DNA of 64,000 nucleotides from a virus. Below the pieces are notes generated by a model that worked only from the letters and a program-made list of their open reading frames with translations, had not been told where the DNA came from and ran no database searches. The DNA lies in IMG/VR virus record IMGVR_UViG_3300027782_000038; one strand, written 5' to 3'. Shown here piece by piece: positions 63,570-64,000 of the stretch; the stretch's first letter is position 1; each line of letters opens with the position of its first letter. The translations under genes and the position numbers were made by a program.

Positions 63570-64000
63570 TAATTGGTTTCATTACAGATTATACAGACTA
63601 CGGTAAAATAAAACCATATGTGAATTCACTGAATCGTTGTGGATTTACTGGTGATAAGATCATGGTAGTTTACAATATTGGTTACGATATCGTCAACCAA
63701 CTACAACAAGATGGATTTACAGTTATTGGTTTCGAACGTGATGAAATCAATAATAGATTTGTATACAAACAAAAATTTAATGTTGTTGTAAGTAGATTCT
63801 TCCATATTTGGTTTCTACTCAAAGAAATGGAAAAGAAATATCGTTACGTCATATCTGTTGATGTGGCTGATGTTATATTTCAGAAAAACCCTTCAGCCTG
63901 GCTTGCAGAAAACATGAATGGTAAAAAACTTTGTGTTGGTGCTGAGAATCTGAAATATAAAGATGAGTCTTGGGGTATCCACAATATGTACCAATCTTTT
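63551..64000 (+). CDS. Putative glycosyltransferase-like protein (3'-truncated)
   Basis: Open frame from TTG 63551 (GGAG RBS): KDLVIGFIT...SRFF...YRYVISVDVADVIFQKNP. Confidence 0.55.
   Translation, partial: MEEKDLVIGFITDYTDYGKIKPYVNSLNRCGFTGDKIMVVYNIGYDIVNQLQQDGFTVIGFERDEINNRFVYKQKFNVVVSRFFHIWFLLKEMEKKYRYVISVDVADVIFQKNPSAWLAENMNGKKLCVGAENLKYKDESWGIHNMYQSF

Overview
This window is a 64-kb segment of a large, AT-rich T4-like myovirus genome read in the standard genetic code, with almost all genes on the + strand. In order it holds: a giant 5'-truncated tail-fibre-like gene; neck, terminase and tail genes (gp13-19); portal gp20; an inserted collagen-like gene plus a 1771-aa virion gene; head genes (gp67/68/21/22/23); gp3, uvsY, uvsW, gp55, gp47/46, peptide deformylase, gp1, gp45/44/62, regA and hsp20; an array of 25 tRNAs covering all 20 amino acids plus several tRNA-like RNAs; DNA polymerase gp43, uvsX, gp41 and glycosyltransferases. 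About nine free-standing homing-endonuclease-type genes are scattered through it. Top findings: (1) An unannotated 32-codon leader peptide (48658-48756) contains all 20 amino acids and overlaps a classical antiterminator/terminator switch directly upstream of the main tRNA array; it is a candidate attenuator sensing depletion of any tRNA. (2) gp43 is split into three intron-less genes by two endonuclease ORFs, with similar helical tags at the new termini. (3) A prfB-like +1 frameshift cassette (AAG GTG TCA CTT TAA C) is needed to complete polymerase motif B, unless it is a 1-nt sequence error. (4) Two unrelated antisense endonucleases share a covarying structured RNA leader. (5) An 18-bp palindromic operator sits at fixed spacing upstream of the tRNA-region promoters. 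(6) An endonuclease appears to have broken tRNA-Ile at its anticodon and is followed by an intact replacement. All calls come from manual reading and motif recognition; no database searches were run.
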